A stretch of DNA of 64,000 nt, from the NCBI RefSeq assembly GCF_018350175.1, contig NC_058368.1, positions 62,436,001 through 62,500,000 of the forward strand. The letters run 5' to 3'. Position 1 is the first letter of the stretch. Each line of letters begins with the position of its first letter. This DNA comes from Felis catus (lineage: Eukaryota). Positions 26,406 through 38,085 of the stretch are shown here, one piece after another. A program made the translations under genes and the position numbers. Below the pieces are notes generated by a model. It was not told where the DNA came from and ran no database searches. It was given only the letters and a program-made list of their open reading frames with translations.

Positions 26406-26509
26406 TAAAAGGGATACATTCACTGCTGTGTTTATTGCAGTATTATTTACAATAGCCAAATTATTGAAGCAGCTCAAGTGTTATTGATAGATGAATGGAT
26501 GAAGAATTG

Positions 26510-26566
<57 letters not shown>

Positions 26567-26569
26567 TAT

Positions 26570-26617
<48 letters not shown>

Positions 26618-26780
26618 TGTAAAAGGGATACATTCACTGCTGTGTTTATTGCAGTATTATTTACAATAGCCAAATTATTGAAGCAGCTCAAGTGTTATTG
26701 ATAGATGAATGGGTGAAGAATTGGTGTGTGTGTATATATATATATACATATATATATATATGTATATATATATATACAAT
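26406..26780 (+). repeat. Tandem duplication (unit ~214 bp) of L1 sequence plus a (TG)n(TA)n microsatellite
   Basis: taaaagggatacattcactgctgtg...gaagaattggtgtgtgtg starts at both 26406 and 26620; one mismatch in the ~105-bp non-microsatellite part. Confidence 0.95.
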
Positions 26781-28060
26781 AGTAATATAATATGACTTTA
26801 AACATGTAACATTTATTTCCATTTTTGTGGTTAAACGACAACTTTCAATTCTTGATTTAAAAGACTTTACTTACGATAATTCATAAGTTTTGTGTTGTTT
26901 TTTGTGGGGTTTTGCTTTATAATATGGTTTGGTAAATCAACCCAATTCCTTGAAACTCATTTTATACAAGTAGAAAAACCTATCATTCCTATTATGAGGC
27001 AAATTAGGTTAATGTTCAAGAAAATGCTTTGTAACATTTTTAATAAGTGAAAAATACACACTTTTGATCATTGTTAGAGTTTTAGTAATAAAAATAATTA
27101 CATTTTAAATAATTACTTAAATTGAAATTTGTGCATTTTTGTTTATTGACTATGTAACTGGAATGTGAAAAGCACTATGCTAAGCATAAGAGATTCAAGG
27201 CCAGAATATCCCTGCTCACAAAATATCTCCAATTTACTGAATGACTACTATTTTTCTACTTTGTTCTGCCTTTTTAAAAGTGCTCTATTACATTTCAAGA
27301 ATGAAAACATCTTGGGCATTCAGTGAAGCAGTGTACATTATGGCTGCGTTCAGCACATCTGGCAGCAAAACCATTAAAATCATTTATAGCCACTGAATCA
27401 AACTGTGATAATCAGTCTTCATGCAATTGCCTATTGTATGTTATTTATGGATTCTTCTGTTAAGAGAATGTGCATTTCTGAGTTGTTTTACTAAAAGTTC
27501 TGTCTGGGGTAGAGTGCTATATATTAAGTGGACATAGTCTGTATTAGCACCAAATGAACAACTGTACTCCTAATTATCTGCCTATTTACTGAATAAATAT
27601 TGTGCTGAGAAAGTGGAAGTCATATAACTAGTTTTAACCATTATGTATTACAGAACATAAAGAAATGATGACTCACCATTATTATATGATACCCTGTGGA
27701 AAGTGGAATTTTCTGGTATTATATTTTAGACAGATAGGTATTACTTTTATCTTCACATTTTTATATCTAAAAAATTAAAATTACATCTACTCAAACTATT
27801 CATGACACCAGAAAATCCTTATTATTGACATATTTTTCAGACAAAACATCAGATTTATCTTAATATAAAATGTTTATATTTTTCAACAATATTTTTTGGT
27901 ATTAGATTTATAAAACATTTACCATTATAAATACAACATGACTTTAAAAGTACACTATTTTCCTCTTTCTTTTTTCTTTGTTCCTTTTTTTTTTCAGTAG
28001 TTCAAAAAATTTTGTGTGCAAATACTAAAACTTCAGAAAACTTACCTAAGACATATCCCA

Positions 28061-28245
28061 GGGTAAATATTCCTTTGTTGTAGAGGGTTTTAAGGATACA
28101 TTTAGCAATACTCCTGGCCTCTACCAATTAGATGCCAATAACACTGCTCCCTTTAGTGTGACATCCACAAATGTCTCTAGATACTGCCAAAATACTCCTG
28201 AGGATGGGAGTGAAGGTACAAATCACCTCTTGTTGAAAACCACTG
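28061..28245 (-). mobile_element. MER20 (hAT-Charlie) DNA transposon
   Basis: ctttgttgtagaggg...cctggcctctaccaattagatgcca...aaatgtctctagatactgccaaa...gttgaaaaccactg matches the reverse of MER20. Confidence 0.9.
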
Positions 28246-28539
28246 AGTTGGGTCATATACAGGATCTTCTCTCTTCAATGTCCATAGAACCTCTCTCAGT
28301 AACTCTATTAAGGAAGGTATTGTGTATTTGCATGAGTGCTGGAAGATACTGGGATTTTAACAGGCAAACCTGGAGAGGCCTTGCAGAATATCCCATGCAT
28401 CCATAGGAACTCTATAAAAGCTATACATTTTAAGACTACACTAGACTTAAAGTAATGATGATACTACACTTGCTTTAGCAAGCCTAAATTCAAGTCTCAA
28501 CATTATAAACCTATCTGCCAATGAATTAACTATCTACTA

Positions 28540-30130
28540 CAATAAAATTCAACATTTTTAAAGGAAGACATCCAAAGCCAGACACTTTACATCCACAACA
28601 TGCAGCATACAATAAAAATTAACAGACATGTAAATAAACAAGAAAATGAACATATAACCAGGAAGTAAATAGTTTAAGAGACTGGGATGGTCACAAATGT
28701 CAGAATTAACAAACAAAGATTTATAGTAGCTATTCTAATTGTGTTCAAAATTTTACAGAAAAAAACAGACAATGGATGAAGAAATGGTGAATCTCAGTGG
28801 ACTAAAGAAAATCATTAAAGAGAACAAACTGGGAGTTTAAGAACTAAATATTAACATATATCAATTAAAGATCCATTGAATGGGCTCAATATTACACTGG
28901 ACGCTATTGAATAGACAGGTTGGAAGAAAGGACTGAAAAAATAAACAGTTTTAGTAAGCTGTGAGACAATACCATGAGGTCTAACATATTTGATGATAGT
29001 CTCATATAATAAGATAACAGAAATAAAGGGGTGTATAGGGGCAGAAAAAATAGTTTGAATAAAGAATGACTCCCATATTTTGTCAAAAATATCAAGATAC
29101 AAATAAAAGACACTCTACAAAATACAATGCAATAAGTAGTCAAAACCACTCAAATAATTAAAAACCATAAATAAAAATAATTATTGGATACATCAGAAAG
29201 AAATGATGAATTAAATTTATTATATTCAGTAACAATGATAAGAATGATGTCTGGCTTCTCATCAGATAAAATGGAGGTGAGGAGAAATTAAATTAGTTAT
29301 TACTAATAACTGAGCAAGAGTGGGACACTAAATGAAAAGGAAATCCAGGATACATTCTGGGGAGAGGAAAATATATTCCTTGATTATAGGGGAAGATTTT
29401 TCAAAACTCATTGATTTGAACACATCACATCTATGCATTTGTGGGAAATAAATTCTACTTCAAAAATTATAAGGATAATAAGAATATATGAAAAAACATA
29501 TAACTATATGGGAGTCATATAAATATTAAGGAGAGGGAATTTCCAAGTTTGAATTACTATTTGGCACTATCCCCAAATTAATTCCATATTGAGAATATTT
29601 AAATTTCAAAGAAATGTAGAATTTTATTTTCATGAATGCATTATGAATGGATTTTCTAGGAAAAATAAAAGAACAAAACCAGAAACTATGAACAGAAATG
29701 TTTGATACTTTCAACCATGTAAAATTGTAAAACTTAGGTTCATCAAATAATTATATAAAGGATAAGCCACAAATCAGAATAATATCTGCAGCTCATAAAT
29801 TACTAATAAATATATAAATAAATTCTAAACAAAAATGTAAAATAAAAGACAAATTTATAAACATCCTAACAGAAAAAAAAGAGAAAATGATATGAAGGCA
29901 ATTCACATAATAGTACTCTATACTGACTAATGGACACATAAAAATACATTCAACACAGTTTGTAATCTGGAAAACACAAATTGAAGCACAGTGAGAAAAT
30001 ATTCTACACCATCTCATTTTTAAAAATTAACAAATATGACAATACTATATATTGAGCAAAATGTGAAGCCACCAGAAATTCCATGCATCAGCAGTGGCTC
30101 AAATGGTAAACAACTGTAAACATATTTAAT
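28540..30130 (+). mobile_element. Ancient L1M (ME/MD-like) fragments: ORF1 region and 3' pieces
   Basis: cagcatacaataaaaattaacagacatg...ttgaatgggctcaata...gctgtgagacaataccatgaggtctaacatat...gcttctcatcagataaaatggagg resembles old L1 ORF1; downstream degenerate 3'-end pieces. Confidence 0.68.
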
Positions 30131-30310
30131 TCTAATTATTAAACTATTTATTTATATTTAATCTTAAACTAAAAAATTGTAAATCCATACTAATTTTTTT
30201 GACTTTTAAGGAAATCTTCAATATATTTAATACTATATATGTTTATAAATTTCACTGGTAAAAATAATGACCTCAGTACCCATGTTTCAATACATTGTTA
30301 CCTACAGACT

Positions 30311-30515
30311 TTTTTTTTTTTTTTTTTTTTTTGAGAGAGAGAGAGAGTAAGCGTGAACAGGGCACAGGCAGAGAGAGAGGGAGAGAAAACCCCAAGCAGG
30401 CTCTGCGCTGTCAGTGCAGAGTGGGACATGGGGCTCTATCTCACATCTGTGAGATCATGGCCTGAGCCAAAACCAAGAGTCGGATCCTTAACCAACTCAG
30501 CCTCCCAGGTGCCCC
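30311..30515 (-). mobile_element. Can-SINE
   Basis: Poly-T tail, reverse body; TSD tacctaca(g/c)actttt at 30299 and 30516. Confidence 0.94.
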
Positions 30516-30549
30516 TACCTACACACTTTTAAAAATAGAAGTAAAAGTT

Positions 30550-32070
30550 AAAAAAAATATGGTTCTGGCACATATATAGACATACAGATCAAGAGAATCG
30601 AATAGAGAGCCCAGAAATAAACCTAAACATATATGGTCAATTAATCTACAACAAATGAGGTAAGAATATACAGTAGGGAAAAGAATCTTTTTAATAAATG
30701 GTGCTTGGAAAACTGGACAGCTACATGCAAAAGAATGGAACTGGACCACTTTTTTTGCACCATGCAAAAAATAAACTCAAAATGGATTAAAGACCTAAAT
30801 AAATATAAGACCTGGAACTATAAAACTCCTAGAAGAAAACACAGACAGTAATCTCTTTGACATCAGTCTTAGCAACATGTTTTCTAGATATGTCTCCTCA
30901 GGTGCAGAACACAAAAGCAAAAATAAACTACTGGAACTACACCAAAATAAAAATCTTTTGCATAGTGAAGGAAACCATTAACAAAACAAAATGGCAACCT
31001 ACTGAATGGGAGAAGATATTTGCACATAACATCTGATAAGGCGTTAATAATCAAAGTATATAATGACCTTATAAAACTCAACATCAAAATAAAATAAATA
31101 ATTCAGATAAAAAAATAGGCAGAGGCCCTGAATAGACATTTTCCCAAATAAGACATACAGATTGCAACACAGACATACTCATGTGCAGACACATGAAAAG
31201 ATGTTGAACATCACTAATAATCAGGGGAGTGCAAATCTAAACCACAATGAGATATCACCGATCAGAATGGCTACAATAAAAATGCAAGAAATAAGTGTTG
31301 GTGAGGATTTGGAGAAAAAGGAACCCCCCTGCAGTGTTGGTGGGAATGTAAATTGGTGCCACAACTGTGGAAAACAGTATGGTGGTTCCTCAAAACATGT
31401 AAAATACCATAAGATCCTATAATTCCACTACCGGCTATTTACCCACAGAAAACAAAACAAAAAAAACCCACTAATCGAAAAGTTATACATACCATTATGT
31501 TTCTTGCAACATTATTTACAATAGCCAAGATACAGAAGAACACAATTAACCTTTGATAGATGAATAGATCAAGAACATGTAGTACGTGTGCACACATCGA
31601 GACGGGAATATTATACAGCCATAAAAAAGAATGAGATCTTGCCATTTACGACAATATGGATGAGACTAGAGGGTATTATGCTAAGTGAGATAAGTAACAG
31701 AAAGACAAACACCACATGATTCACTTATATGTAGAATCTAAAGAAACAAAACAATAAAGCAGAAACAGACCCATAAATACAAAAAACAAACTGATGATTG
31801 CCAGATAGGAGGGGAGTAGGGAATGGGCCAGATGGGTGAAAGGGAGTGGGAGATACAGGCTTCCAGTTACATAATTAATAAATCACAGGGATAAAACATA
31901 CAGTATAGGGAACATAGTCAATGGTATTGTTACTAGTGTTATACGGTGACAGATGGCAGCTACACTTGTACTGAGCATTGCACACCATATAGAGTTGTCA
32001 AATCACTATGTTGTATACATGAAAGTAATGTGTCATTGTGTATCAACTATACTTCAATCAAAAATAAGGA
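30550..32070 (+). mobile_element. 5'-truncated carnivore L1 (ORF2 C-terminus and 3' UTR)
   Basis: atggttctggcaca...gagagcccagaaataaacc...tggtgcttggaaaactggacagctacatgcaaaagaatg; 3' UTR ending tgtgtatcaactatacttcaatcaaaaat. Confidence 0.94.
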
Positions 32071-32209
32071 AAAGAAATAAAAGTATTATCAATTTAAATA
32101 TTATGGATTTCATGTTTGTATTAAATGAATAAAATGAAAAACTTTCCATATTTTAAAATACGTCATTTATTTAGTTCCTTCTCATTTCTATAGGTAGCTT
32201 GATATATCT

Positions 32210-32560
32210 TGTCCACAAATTGCCCTTCCTAAATTGACTGATTCCATTATGCCACCTAACTGATCTTCAAACAACCTAAGCATCGTCTTTGAGACTTTTG
32301 TGTCTGTCACTTCCCAAATCCAATATTTCAACACATCCTATGAAGACTATTGTCAACGTTTAACCTGAGCCAACAACTATCTCCTTCTTTATTTCCTTGA
32401 CCATAATTAAATCCCCCCTTTCTCACTTTGGCTTCTGATACAGTTTTATTATTTGCACATAGGCTACCCATAACAGTTTTACAAGGCAGCCAAGGGATAT
32501 ATAAAATATTAATCAAATCATGCCATTTATTCTACAATAATAATTCTCTAAATATTTTTC
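32210..32560 (+). mobile_element. Probable L2 relic
   Basis: aacctaagcatcgtctttgag...cccaaatccaat...ggcagccaagggatatataaaat...aaatcatgcca resembles the L2 3' region. Confidence 0.5.
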
Positions 32561-33424
32561 ATGGAATACTATTCCCTTGAGATTTCTGTGAATAAAGCTG
32601 CCCCGTATTCAGGTAAATATAAAATCTCTTCACTTCACATTACCTATTCAAAATGTATGTCCCAATTTTTTAAACTAAGTTATTCTGCCTTAAATATTTT
32701 TTTCTATCTTTTTCAATAGAAACGGTAAATGATTTTAGGAAATATTGCCCATCTGTTCAGTCATCTTCTCTAGAGATTTTTTAAGTTATGGAAATACAGA
32801 AAACTGGTATAATAAAGCATGGTGCTTCTGTGCATTTATATGTGTTCATCAAAGTATATACATATGTATAGGTGTATATATAAATATATTTCCTTCAACG
32901 TTAGTTTAAATAAATGAGGAATATTTTATTCTATTTTGAAATATGTAAAATATCAATACATCTTACAAAATATTTCATTAACCATGTTTTGCATCTATCT
33001 TTGGTTGTGTTCGATATAGAGTACCAGTTAGGATTGATAAAATTTACTTAAATCATATAATTTCATGTTTAAAAATCTTGGTTCCCTTACATTTTAATTA
33101 ACTTGCAAGACAACATAAATTATCATTACAAAGTAGAAATTTTAACCTGCAATGTATCTGAAATGGTATTAATATGATTTTAACTTATACTGTTAAGTAC
33201 ATTAACAAACATAACTATTATTGCTGTACATAAATAATTGTAATGCCGATGTACAGCAATGACATTACATGAACCAGAGGATAATGAATAGCAGCAATTC
33301 ATTTGTTCAATTAACAGTTATTAAGCCCTTATTTGAATATCACATTCTAGCCAAAGTTCTTGGATTGCATATCTACTATTACCAATGATTATAATCTGTA
33401 AATATAATGACTATTAGGTAGTAT

Positions 33425-33810
33425 GTTAATGGAAGACAGGAATCATTTTGAAGAAAGGGATTTTAATACAGTGAATCAATTACTGTCTTGGAGAAATGTT
33501 AATTGAGGGTCTAAAAAGATATATTAAAAAAGTAGAAATTGCTAGAGCCATGATCGTACTCAGGCTGCCCATCCTCATTGGCCACTGCTATTGTCATTGC
33601 TACTTGTATGGTCATTAAGTACAGTACGTTTTTTTTTCTGAAAATGATTTTTCATAGCCTCTTGCCCTCTGTTCTACCATAGCACTTACCCTTGAAAGAA
33701 CATAGGATATTGAATCTCAGAAATGTAGTTTGTAGTCATCCTGCTTCAGAGTTACGGAAAAATATATTGTAGTGCAGGTATGGAGCTAAGAGGCACCTGG
33801 AGACTTCCCA
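33425..33810 (-). mobile_element. Probable old MLT1 (MaLR) LTR relic
   Basis: gaaagggattttaatacagtgaat...tctcagaaatgtagtttgtag...tggagctaagaggca resemble antisense old MLT1 motifs. Confidence 0.45.
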
Positions 33811-34700
33811 CATGGTAGTGAAAATAATACTGACAACTTTTTCTTGGGAATTTAATATACCTTTAAGCTGACTGCTAGAAATCTTAGCATATACTATGAA
33901 TGTTTCATCCTGTGCTTCTGTTTACGTAACAACAGAATTACTCTTCCATTAAGTATAAGCTGTACAAAACTAGACTAATTACATTACATATGTTGTCTAT
34001 TTGATTACCATAACAAATGCAAGGAAGGAATAATCTTCTCCAAATCACCTAATCTCTCCTAGTTTTTATTCTCCCACCTGTATTTCGAATACAAAATTAT
34101 TCATATTGGAAATTAGAGAACTGTATTGGGAAAAACTTAGCATTACGTTAGCTTCTAGCATATACCCTACTCTCACAGTGTGGCAGAAATAACAGTGTAA
34201 TACCTTAGATGTGCATTCTTTTCATTAAGTGTAGGACAATCCCCCAAAGTAGGCATGATAAAGTTAATAGCTGACCCAAACCCATGCAACTATTTAGGAA
34301 GAGAGTCAGTGTTTGTACCCTAACTCAAACCAAGAGATCATGTTCATTAAATACCATATCATATTGTCTCTGTACCTGGTCAATGCACAGACACAGAGCC
34401 TAACAGTTTTCTTAATTATTTTTCGTTATACCTAGATCTTAGCTGATTCTTTCTTTCCACTTAAGAGTGTTCATACCCCTGCCATTTAATTGTGTCTGAC
34501 CTGAAGTATCATATACCTTCACCTTATTATTTGCTTCTACTTAGTCTCCTTTATGCAGTCTGTTTGTAAGTGTGTTTTCACATCATATATTATTCTTTTA
34601 TTATATTTTATGTATCATAGGTAATACCAATTTTCAAAAAAATAGAAATTAATTCTACATGTATTCTTTGAGAATAAAATCTGTGTGTATTAAATGATTA

Positions 34701-34902
34701 TTTTTTAAATATTTTTATTTATTTTTGAGAGAGACAGAGCACAAGTGTGGGAGGGACAGAGAGAAAGGGAGACACAGAATCTAAAGCAGGCTCCAAGCTC
34801 TGAGCTGTCAGCACTGAGCCTGATGCGGGGCTTGAACCCATGAACTGTGAGATCATGACCTGAGCCGAAGTCAGATGCTTAACCGAGACACCCAGGTGCC
34901 CC
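34701..34902 (-). mobile_element. Can-SINE
   Basis: Reverse body ending cccaggtgcccc. Confidence 0.94.
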
Positions 34903-34923
34903 GACAATTTAAAACAAAGTACA

Positions 34924-35179
34924 GGGGCACCTGGGTGACATAGTCGGTTGAGCATCCGACTCTTGATTTCAGCTCAGATCAGGATCCCAGCGTCATGGGA
35001 TCAAACCTTGCAGCAGGCTCTGTGCTGAGCATGGAACCTGCTTGGGATTCTCTCTTTCTTTCTCTCTCTCTCTCTCTCTCTCTTCCCCCTGCTCTGCACC
35101 CCCCCCATCCCGCTCATGTGTGCACACACTTGTTCTCTCTCTAAAAAATAATTAATTAATTAAAATAAATAAATAGATG
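34924..35179 (+). mobile_element. Can-SINE
   Basis: ggggcacctgggtgacatagtcggttgagcatccgac...; 12-bp TSD aaacaaagtaca at 34912-34923 and 35180-35191. Confidence 0.95.
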
Positions 35180-35189
35180 AAACAAAGTA

Positions 35190-35647
35190 CAGTGGTACCC
35201 CCTTTTCTTCAGGGGATCTGTTTCAAGATCCCTCCAGTGAATACCTGAGACCATAGATAATACCAAACCCTAAATATACTGTTTTTTCCTCTGCATATGT
35301 ATCTATGATAAAGTTTAATATATAAATTAGGCACAGTAAGGGATTAACAATGTTAACTGTTAATAAAATATAATAATTATAACAATATACTATAATAAAA
35401 GTTATGTGATTGCAATCTTTCTTTCTCAGAATACCTTATCATACTGTATTCAGCCTTTTTCTTCTTGTGATGACATCAATGATAAAATTTTAGATAATGA
35501 GATGAAGTGAGGTGAATGACACAGCCACTGTGACCCAGCATGAGACTACTATTGACCTGACTATATGTCAGAAAGCATATCATCTGCTTTTGTACATGGG
35601 TAACTGAAACCATGGAAGGTGAAACCTCAGAGGAAGGTGAACTACTA
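35190..35647 (-). mobile_element. MER44/Tigger7 (TcMar) non-autonomous DNA transposon, internally deleted
   Basis: Degenerate TIRs cagtggtacccccttt... and ...gaaggtgaactacta, flanked by TA at 35188 and 35648; body (tatgataaagtttaatatataaattaggcacagtaag, gagatgaagtgaggtgaatgac, gggtaactgaaaccatggaa) matches MER44. Confidence 0.9.
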
Positions 35648-35698
35648 TAGTGAATAAACAGACCTGATAAAAGAAAAATAATAAAAAGAGAATACACA

Positions 35699-36229
35699 TG
35701 TTGAGCAGAGTACCAAGCACCAGTACCAACCCCAGGAGAGGCCTAAACACTTTCTGTCTACTGTATCTTGGTATGGGAGTCACCAAAGAGAACATAATAC
35801 AGTTAGGAATTGGTAGAACATTGGATAGAACACTGCTTTACTCAGAGAAGAGACAGAGCAAGATGAGTTTCAATACTAGGTGTTGGTCCCCCATAACTAG
35901 GGAGTCTCTCCCCGCAGACCACATAGGGAAATTCATCTATTCACATGCTTCATATTATGCCACGGTGGAAAGATCCCATCCTCTCCTCACAGGACAGATG
36001 CTACAGTGGGGTTGGGTGGGTACCATATGACACACATGCTTCAAACAGAGACAAAGAGCATTCATTGAGACTGAAACAGGAAAAGTACTCCCACACAAGG
36101 TGATAAGCTCGGCACAGGCTGTGCGGGCCTTTCATCTCTTGGTAAGGAAATGTTCCAGGCTCAAGACCAACTCTAATGCTGCCCAGTGGGTGTCAAAAGA
36201 CTGCATGCATGAGTCTGTCTTTCCCAACA
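35699..36229 (-). mobile_element. MER70-family (ERVL) solo LTR
   Basis: tgttg...caaca ends; the reverse complement begins tgttgggaaagacagactcatgcatgcagtcttt and contains cctggaacatttccttacc and cttgctctgtctcttctc, as in MER70. Confidence 0.85.
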
Positions 36230-37090
36230 TTATAAAACCTTAATTTTAACAAATATAAATTATATGTTCTTTAGAATAGTATTAACTTTGCCATAAATCA
36301 TTACATGCTGAAAAAGGAAACTAATTTTTTTTTCTTAATTCCAGACTACATCGTTTTCCTCAAAGTCTTTTTTTCTAGTTTTGTGTATTTTTTCTTTCAG
36401 TGCCAAAAGTGAAAAAAAAAATATTTTTTTTTCAAATTCAAAGGCAGGTTTCTAAACATTTATAGGGAGCTGGTTTCCTTTTTCTTTTGATTCAACCAAA
36501 TGTAGAAAGCTTCTATCAGAGAAATCAAAGTGTCTCAGGTAACTAATACATTTTTTTCTTTTTTGTCTGCATGGTAAGCATCTTCTTGAATCAACTTTAG
36601 ATGTTAGCAACAAAGCTCTTTCATTTTCCAGAAAAATAAAATTGAAAATGGCCATCTGTTCAATCTTCTGTTATCAGAGTTGTCCCCTACTTGTGTATCT
36701 CTAGTATAGTTTCAGAAGTGCAGGGGAAAAAGGTGATTAATATAAAAATGTGTTTGTGGGTACAACTTGTAACAGTTTAGAAAGACATAAAATAATAATC
36801 ATCAGTTAGGTTAAATTTTAGTTTAAACAGCTTTTACAGTAGTTTACATTCCTAACCTTCAATAAACATTTAAAAAAAGAGGATTCATTTTAATATCAGT
36901 TACCATCATCTACAATATACTTCCTTTTACCATTCAGCCCTCATAACAATGAGAAATAATAGGATTTATAAATAACTTTTCAATAACTCAGAACCTTCAT
37001 GAGTATAGCTGAGATTACAAAAGATAACATGTGGGTTGCAAATTTTTTTTTGTCCTATAATTTTGGTACATATATAAAAACTAAATAGCA

Positions 37091-37257
37091 GGCACCTGGA
37101 TGGCTCAGTAGGTTGGGCATCTGATTTTGGCTCAGGTCATGATCTTGCTGTTCATGAGTTCAGCCCCCTATTGGGCTCTGTGCTGATACCTTGGAGACTG
37201 GAGTCTACTTCAAGTTTTGTTCCTCCCTCTCTCTGCCCCTCCCCCGTTCACAACCTG

Positions 37258-37292
<35 letters not shown>

Positions 37293-37320
37293 AATAAATA
37301 AACATTAAAAAAATTTTAAA
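37091..37320 (+). mobile_element. Can-SINE
   Basis: ggcacctggatggctcagtaggttg...(CT)n aaaaataaataaacatt. Confidence 0.94.
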
Positions 37321-37655
37321 AAGTAACAAAAAGTTAATTTTGACTTTTCTAATATACAAACACATATATTCTATAATATAAGTGAAAAGGAAATCTTAAA
37401 GGTTGTTTCAATGTAAAATAAATTAAAGCAGCATAAAAATCACATTAATTGCCCTCATAGTTATATATGAGAATGAGTAGAAAAACTGATTAGAAGGAAA
37501 TTAAGATAATTATTTTAATGTGGTTGTTTTGTATGGTAGATTTAGAATATGAAATAATTTCTTATTTGTTATAATGCATATAATAAGCATCAATCTATTA
37601 AAATATTTGAGATATCAGCATGACTCATTTCCCTAAAGATGAATGAGCTCTTTAA

Positions 37656-37876
37656 GATGGCTCAGTTGGTTAAGCATCTAACTTCAGTTCAGATCATAAT
37701 CTCACAGTTTCTGGGTTTGGGCCCCACATCTGGCTCTGTACTGCCAGTGCAGAGCCTGCTTGGGATTCTCTCTGTCCCTCTCTTTCTGTCCCTTCCCCCG
37801 AACATGTACTCTCTCTCCCTCTCTCTCTCTTTCTCTCTCTCTCTCTCTTTCAAAATACATAAACTTAAAAAAAAAA
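37656..37876 (+). mobile_element. Can-SINE
   Basis: gatggctcagttggttaagcatc...gcctgcttgggattctctctg, (CT)n, A tail. Confidence 0.92.
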
Positions 37877-37884
37877 CAATATGT

Positions 37885-38085
37885 GGGGGCACTGGGTGGC
37901 TCAGTTGGTTAGCATCTGACTTTTAATTTTGGCTCAGGTCACATTCTTGCGGTTCAAAGCCCTCATCGGGCTCTGCACTGGCAGTGTGGAGTCTACTTAG
38001 GCTTCTTCCCTCTGCCCCTCCCCTGCTCGTGTGCACGTTCTCTCTCTCTAAAAATAAGTAAATAAACCTTAAAAAAAATTAAAGA
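37885..38085 (+). mobile_element. Can-SINE immediately downstream of the previous SINE
   Basis: gggggcactgggtggctcagttggttagcatctgac...ttttggctcaggtcac..., A tail. Confidence 0.92.

Larger units (their letters stand above)
23740..26780 (+). mobile_element. Degenerate carnivore L1 ORF2 fragment (post-EN region through RT and C-terminus), lacking the 3' UTR
   Basis: Continuous L1 ORF2 homology (atgcagaaattctcaag, ccaggatgcaaggatggttcaat, ctatttgtagatgacatgg, tggaaccacaaaagacccctaatagccaaagca); many stops and frameshifts; internal deletion near 24485. Confidence 0.95.

Noticed and set aside
26406..26780. Repeat-spacer-repeat pattern suggestive of a CRISPR-like array
   Set aside because: Only two units, made of L1 sequence and microsatellite, in mammalian DNA with no cas genes
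35698..36030. 110-aa ORF
   Set aside because: Lies wholly antisense within the MER70 LTR
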